Of a stretch of DNA of 64,000 nt, positions 60,652 through 64,000 are shown in pieces. The notes under the pieces were generated by a model that saw only the letters and a program-made list of their open reading frames with translations, was not told the DNA's origin and did not search any database. Location of the stretch: assembly GCA_937907215.1 (NCBI GenBank), contig CALESG010000110.1:4635-68634 (forward strand), in the 5' to 3' direction. The translations under genes were made by a program, and so were the position numbers. This DNA is from an uncultured Ruminococcus sp. Its GTDB lineage: Bacteria; Bacillota; Clostridia; Oscillospirales; Ruminococcaceae. Positions within the stretch are counted from its first letter, which is position 1, and the number at the start of each line of letters is the position of its first letter.

Positions 60652-61375
60652 TTACTTCTGTATCCCATGTCATAGTTGATAGTGCCTTGTCAGCTTCAGA
60701 TGTGCACTCAACGTAGGCAATACCAGGGCTGACGGCATCTGGTGTTGCAGTAAGATAAATTCTTGATGTGTTATTTAGATTAGACTTCAAATATCTGATA
60801 AATTTTTCAGGATATACTGAGAATGTTGCATCTTCAAGCAGACAATGAACTTCATCAAGTATTATCATACATTCCTTACCTTTATACTGATACGCTATTT
60901 CAGCAAATTTCTGATAAGTAAGCGCTGTGATATTTTCGCCCATAGAGGCAATATCAATCATTTCCATAGGAACATCGATGCTTGTAGTCGCCTTGATAAA
61001 ATCCTTTTTGAACTGCCAAAGAGGTGCGACTCTGTTAATTAAGTACACAACAGGAATATCGGCATTCTTTATAATTTTAGTTATCGCTTTTGTCTTTCCT
61101 GAACCAGTCGGAGCCGCAATAATCATCGACTCACCCAGATTCGGTATTTTGTTAAGGTCTATAACTTGACCTATGTATTGCTTTTCACTGCCAACTTTAA
61201 AGTCACTAACAAGGCTGAGGAAGCGAAGAACAGCGTACTGCTGTTCTTTCACTACGGTTACCATTCTTTCCTTCAACTCTGGTATCGTGTATTTGGAATC
61301 GGCAGGCATTATATAAACGCCCTCGGGTTCAGATGAAATTACTTTCATTTTTAAATCTAAAATTGTTTTTCTCAT
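60623..61375 (-). pseudogene. SF2 DEAD/DEAH helicase, first RecA domain only (truncated)
   Basis: APTGSGKT, ILDEVH, LTAT; ends shortly after motif III, overlapping the integrase remnant. Confidence 0.7.
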
Positions 61376-61433
61376 AATTCGTCCTTCCTTCTTTTTAAGG
61401 TTCGAAAATCATTATGCCTTCATAACCATTACC

Positions 61434-62909
61434 CTAATGTCTCTTAACTTTTTCGACTATGAAGCCGTTAGTGGTCAAGTACTTATACAAAGCCTGTGAA
61501 AAACCTGTTACATCTTTGAATATCTCGTGGTTACGGTCATAGTTACAATAGAAAGTTTCGTATAAGTCTTTAGTCAAAATGAAATTACCAGGTGCAAGTC
61601 TTACAAAATTGCTTACAAAATCCTCTATATCATAATACTGAGCATTCGCAGGCGTAGAATGAATTGTATAATCATCCAGTCCTGTACCGTCACCAGTAAA
61701 ACAATATCCATTGTTTTCCAATCTGATAAAAGCATTCAAAGCTTCAGTGGTAATTTCATTCAATTCGGAATTTAATATCATAGAAACAATGTTGGGATTC
61801 TGCTCGGCTTTTGGGATTTTTACGTCAAACGGCAAAGTACATATTCTACGCCTAATAGCACTATCACCACTACTGTATGCCATTCCGATGTCGTGGTTAC
61901 TTGCTATTATAATTTTGCAAGTGCTTAAAAAGCTGACTTGCATTGCATTTTTCTTATCAGCAGTTATCCTATCATGCCCAGAGATTCTCTTTAATACTGC
62001 TAACTGAGCACTATCAAGAGTTAAGGCACCTTCATCAGAACTGACATTAATACGTTTGCCTTGAAGTTCGGACATTGCAAATCGACCGCCGAGTAAGTTT
62101 TTCATGGACATACCTATTGTTGCAGTTCCAATAAGTAATCCGCATATCAAGGCAATAAATGTCAACTTGCCGTTATCTCCCGAAGAACCAGTAAATACAA
62201 AGAAACGTTTCGCATGAGCATCACTGCTTATGCAGTACCCGATTATTTCCCATGCTCTTTGAATCAGCATATCATTTTCATCAAACAGGGTTGATAAAAA
62301 TTTGTCCATAATAGGATGAATCTGCGGAGCAACTCCTAAGTAAAAACCTGCGAGCTGGATTGTGGGAAAGTAATGAATAGGAGCAATTACCTCCAATGCT
62401 CCCGTTTGATTATTGAAGTAACCATTTTTGCAATAGGTATATCTCTCATCGTTTGGTTCACCAACGAATGGACTTGCTCTCATTTTTAATTCGTTGACTA
62501 TCTGAACGATATCCTTGTATGACAACTCAAATCCACAATTACATATATAATTGAAAACACTATTCATAAATGTTGATTCATTATATGGTCTGTAGATGTA
62601 ATTGTCCATCATTTAAAGCGTATCCTGATGCCTTAACAACAGATTAAGCTGACTGAGTTCTTTAACGAACTTATGACGTATTTTTTCACGCTTATCGCCT
62701 AAATCCATATCATCAGGAGGAATCTTAGGCTTAGTTGCCACTATTTCCTGCTCCTTTGGAGTAAAAGATACGGTTTCATCTTTTGGCTCTGAACTCGTTT
62801 TTCCTCCGCCGAAAAGGTTTGGATACTTGTCCACGCTCTCAGGTGTAACATACATAAACAGTCCGTCATTGGAGTGTTCTGTATTTGAGTTGCAAGTGAA
62901 ATTACACAT
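61434..62909 (-). pseudogene. D5/P4-like primase-helicase interrupted by one in-frame stop
   Basis: ORFs 62613-62909 and 61434-62612 are in the same frame, separated only by TAA (HQDTL*MMDNYIYRP); SF3 motifs GDNGK, SSDE, IIASN, RRI. Confidence 0.7.
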
Positions 62910-63020
62910 TGTACATTACTCCTTATCATTATTCACTTGTCAAGATTCCTAACTTAAACAGTGGATGCTCATGGAAGATAATCGAACTGTTTAAGCTGTG
63001 ATTTTATTATACAATAATTA

Positions 63021-63482
63021 AATTGGGACGATTTTTCTAAGCAAAAAATCATTTGGGGTGAGATTTCAGATAAGCCAAAGTTCACACTTGATAAAAACGG
63101 AAGATATTTCTTATCAAACAAAGCGTTTTTGCTCTCAGGTGAACATTTACATTATTTGCTGGCTTTTCTTAATTCAAGGCTTTGCGAATACTTTTTTTCA
63201 CAAATTGCTACGACAACAGGAGTCGGTACTGTACAATGGTTAAAATACAAAGTAGAAACATTACCTGTTCCATGTATAGATTTAAATATAGAAAAATCAT
63301 TTATAAAAGCAGTTGATTACATTATAGAATTGAAGTCAAATGGCTCTGACATAAGTACTATAGATAATAAACTAAATAATATGATTTATAATATATTTTC
63401 ATTAAATTCAGAAGAAATCAAGTATATAGAAAATCATACCTCAAAGGCACAAATATGCTCAACTTCTGAAAAATCGAGTTGA
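63021..63482 (+). other. start-less alternative C-terminal specificity domain cassette (TaqI_C-like, Type IIG RM)
   Basis: Frame opens right after TAA(63015) with NWDDFSKQKIIWGEISDKP...LLAFLNS...LPVP; no start codon or RBS before the homology start. Confidence 0.8.
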
Positions 63483-63858
63483 TATAGATTAAAAATAAGA
63501 TTGTTTACATATGACGTTAATTCATCTGCTTGTTTATACAATTTGTTGTTTGTATAGTATAACAAGTCGTTAAAATAGCTTTCAAACATTTTACCAGTTT
63601 CTTTGGAAATGACAGGAACCTTTATTGGCTCAATAGCTTGAACACTTATCAATAAATCACCAGTTCCAGTTTTGGGAGAATTCTTAAGTAAGTATTTTCC
63701 CATAGGAGAATTTAATAACAATGTTAAAAACTTCAAATTTTCACCTGTTGCAAAACAAGTGCTATCTAAACAAAAATAACCTTTTTCATCATAACAAAAA
63801 CGGATTAATGAACCAACACGTTTCCATATAATTTTTTGTCGAGAAAAATCGTCCCAAT
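63022..63858. repeat. inverted repeat pair bracketing the two specificity cassettes
   Basis: attgggacgatttttct (63022-63038) / agaaaaatcgtcccaat (63842-63858), perfect 17 bp; 30/35 when extended. Confidence 0.9.
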
Positions 63859-64000
63859 AACTTATGCTATCTTGTGTTTCAAACCACTTATTATTGGTTT
63901 TCTTTCTTGATTTAATAAGTTGTCCGTTAATTAAACTAGTATTTCCTGTCTGCTCCAAACGTTCAATGCCAAATGATAAAAGATAATCTTTAATGGCAGG
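63434..64000 (-). CDS. C-terminal part of a Type IIG (Eco57I/TaqI_C-like) restriction-modification protein (5' end outside the window)
   Basis: Frame open to the window end: PAIKDYL...RKKTNNKWFETQDSISYWDDFSRQKIIW...LLNS...IKVP. Confidence 0.8.
   Translation of the reverse strand, partial: PAIKDYLLSFGIERLEQTGNTSLINGQLIKSRKKTNNKWFETQDSISYWDDFSRQKIIWKRVGSLIRFCYDEKGYFCLDSTCFATGENLKFLTLLLNSPMGKYLLKNSPKTGTGDLLISVQAIEPIKVPVISKETGKMFESYFNDLLYYTNNKLYKQADELTSYVNNLIFNLYQLDFSEVEHICAFEV

Larger units (their letters stand above)
59864..64000. mobile_element. degenerate integrative element at the 3' end of rpsI (extends beyond the window)
   Basis: Integrase convergent on rpsI, arm-type repeats, primase, helicase and RM cargo; the rpsI 3' end is an established ICE/IME site in Firmicutes. 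Confidence 0.8.

Overview
AT-rich Firmicute chromosome segment. The gene set (dockerin-bearing enzymes, gpr, class III RNR) points to a spore-forming, fibre-degrading Ruminococcus-like organism (Oscillospiraceae); this taxonomy is inferred. Positions 1-59.9 kb are mostly core genes: shikimate pathway, M16 peptidase pair-lgt-folD, a complete acc/fab fatty-acid cluster, ilvE, a P-type ATPase, gpr, rpsT, two XRE regulators, an orphan mazF, birA, a sugar ABC transporter, comEA, an LDH/MDH, dockerin enzymes, tRNA-Thr, a GH5 lipoprotein, proBA, asnB, pyrB, nrdD/nrdG, lipoproteins and rplM-rpsI. From about 59.9 kb a decaying element is integrated at the 3' end of rpsI; it has a truncated tyrosine integrase, a truncated SF2 helicase and an interrupted D5-like primase. 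Most notable: (1) at 63.0-64.0 kb, two convergent alternative C-terminal specificity domains of a Type IIG-like restriction-modification gene, bracketed by 17-bp perfect inverted repeats in identical codon phase, i.e. a candidate specificity-switching inverton; (2) a 90-aa stand-alone protein whose C-terminus copies the NrdD glycyl-radical loop but with the radical Gly replaced by Asp; (3) a 655-bp nested palindromic element between nrdD and nrdG; (4) a family of ~163-bp MITE-like palindromes, one carrying a second element nested inside it. All calls come from reading the sequence; no database searches were run.
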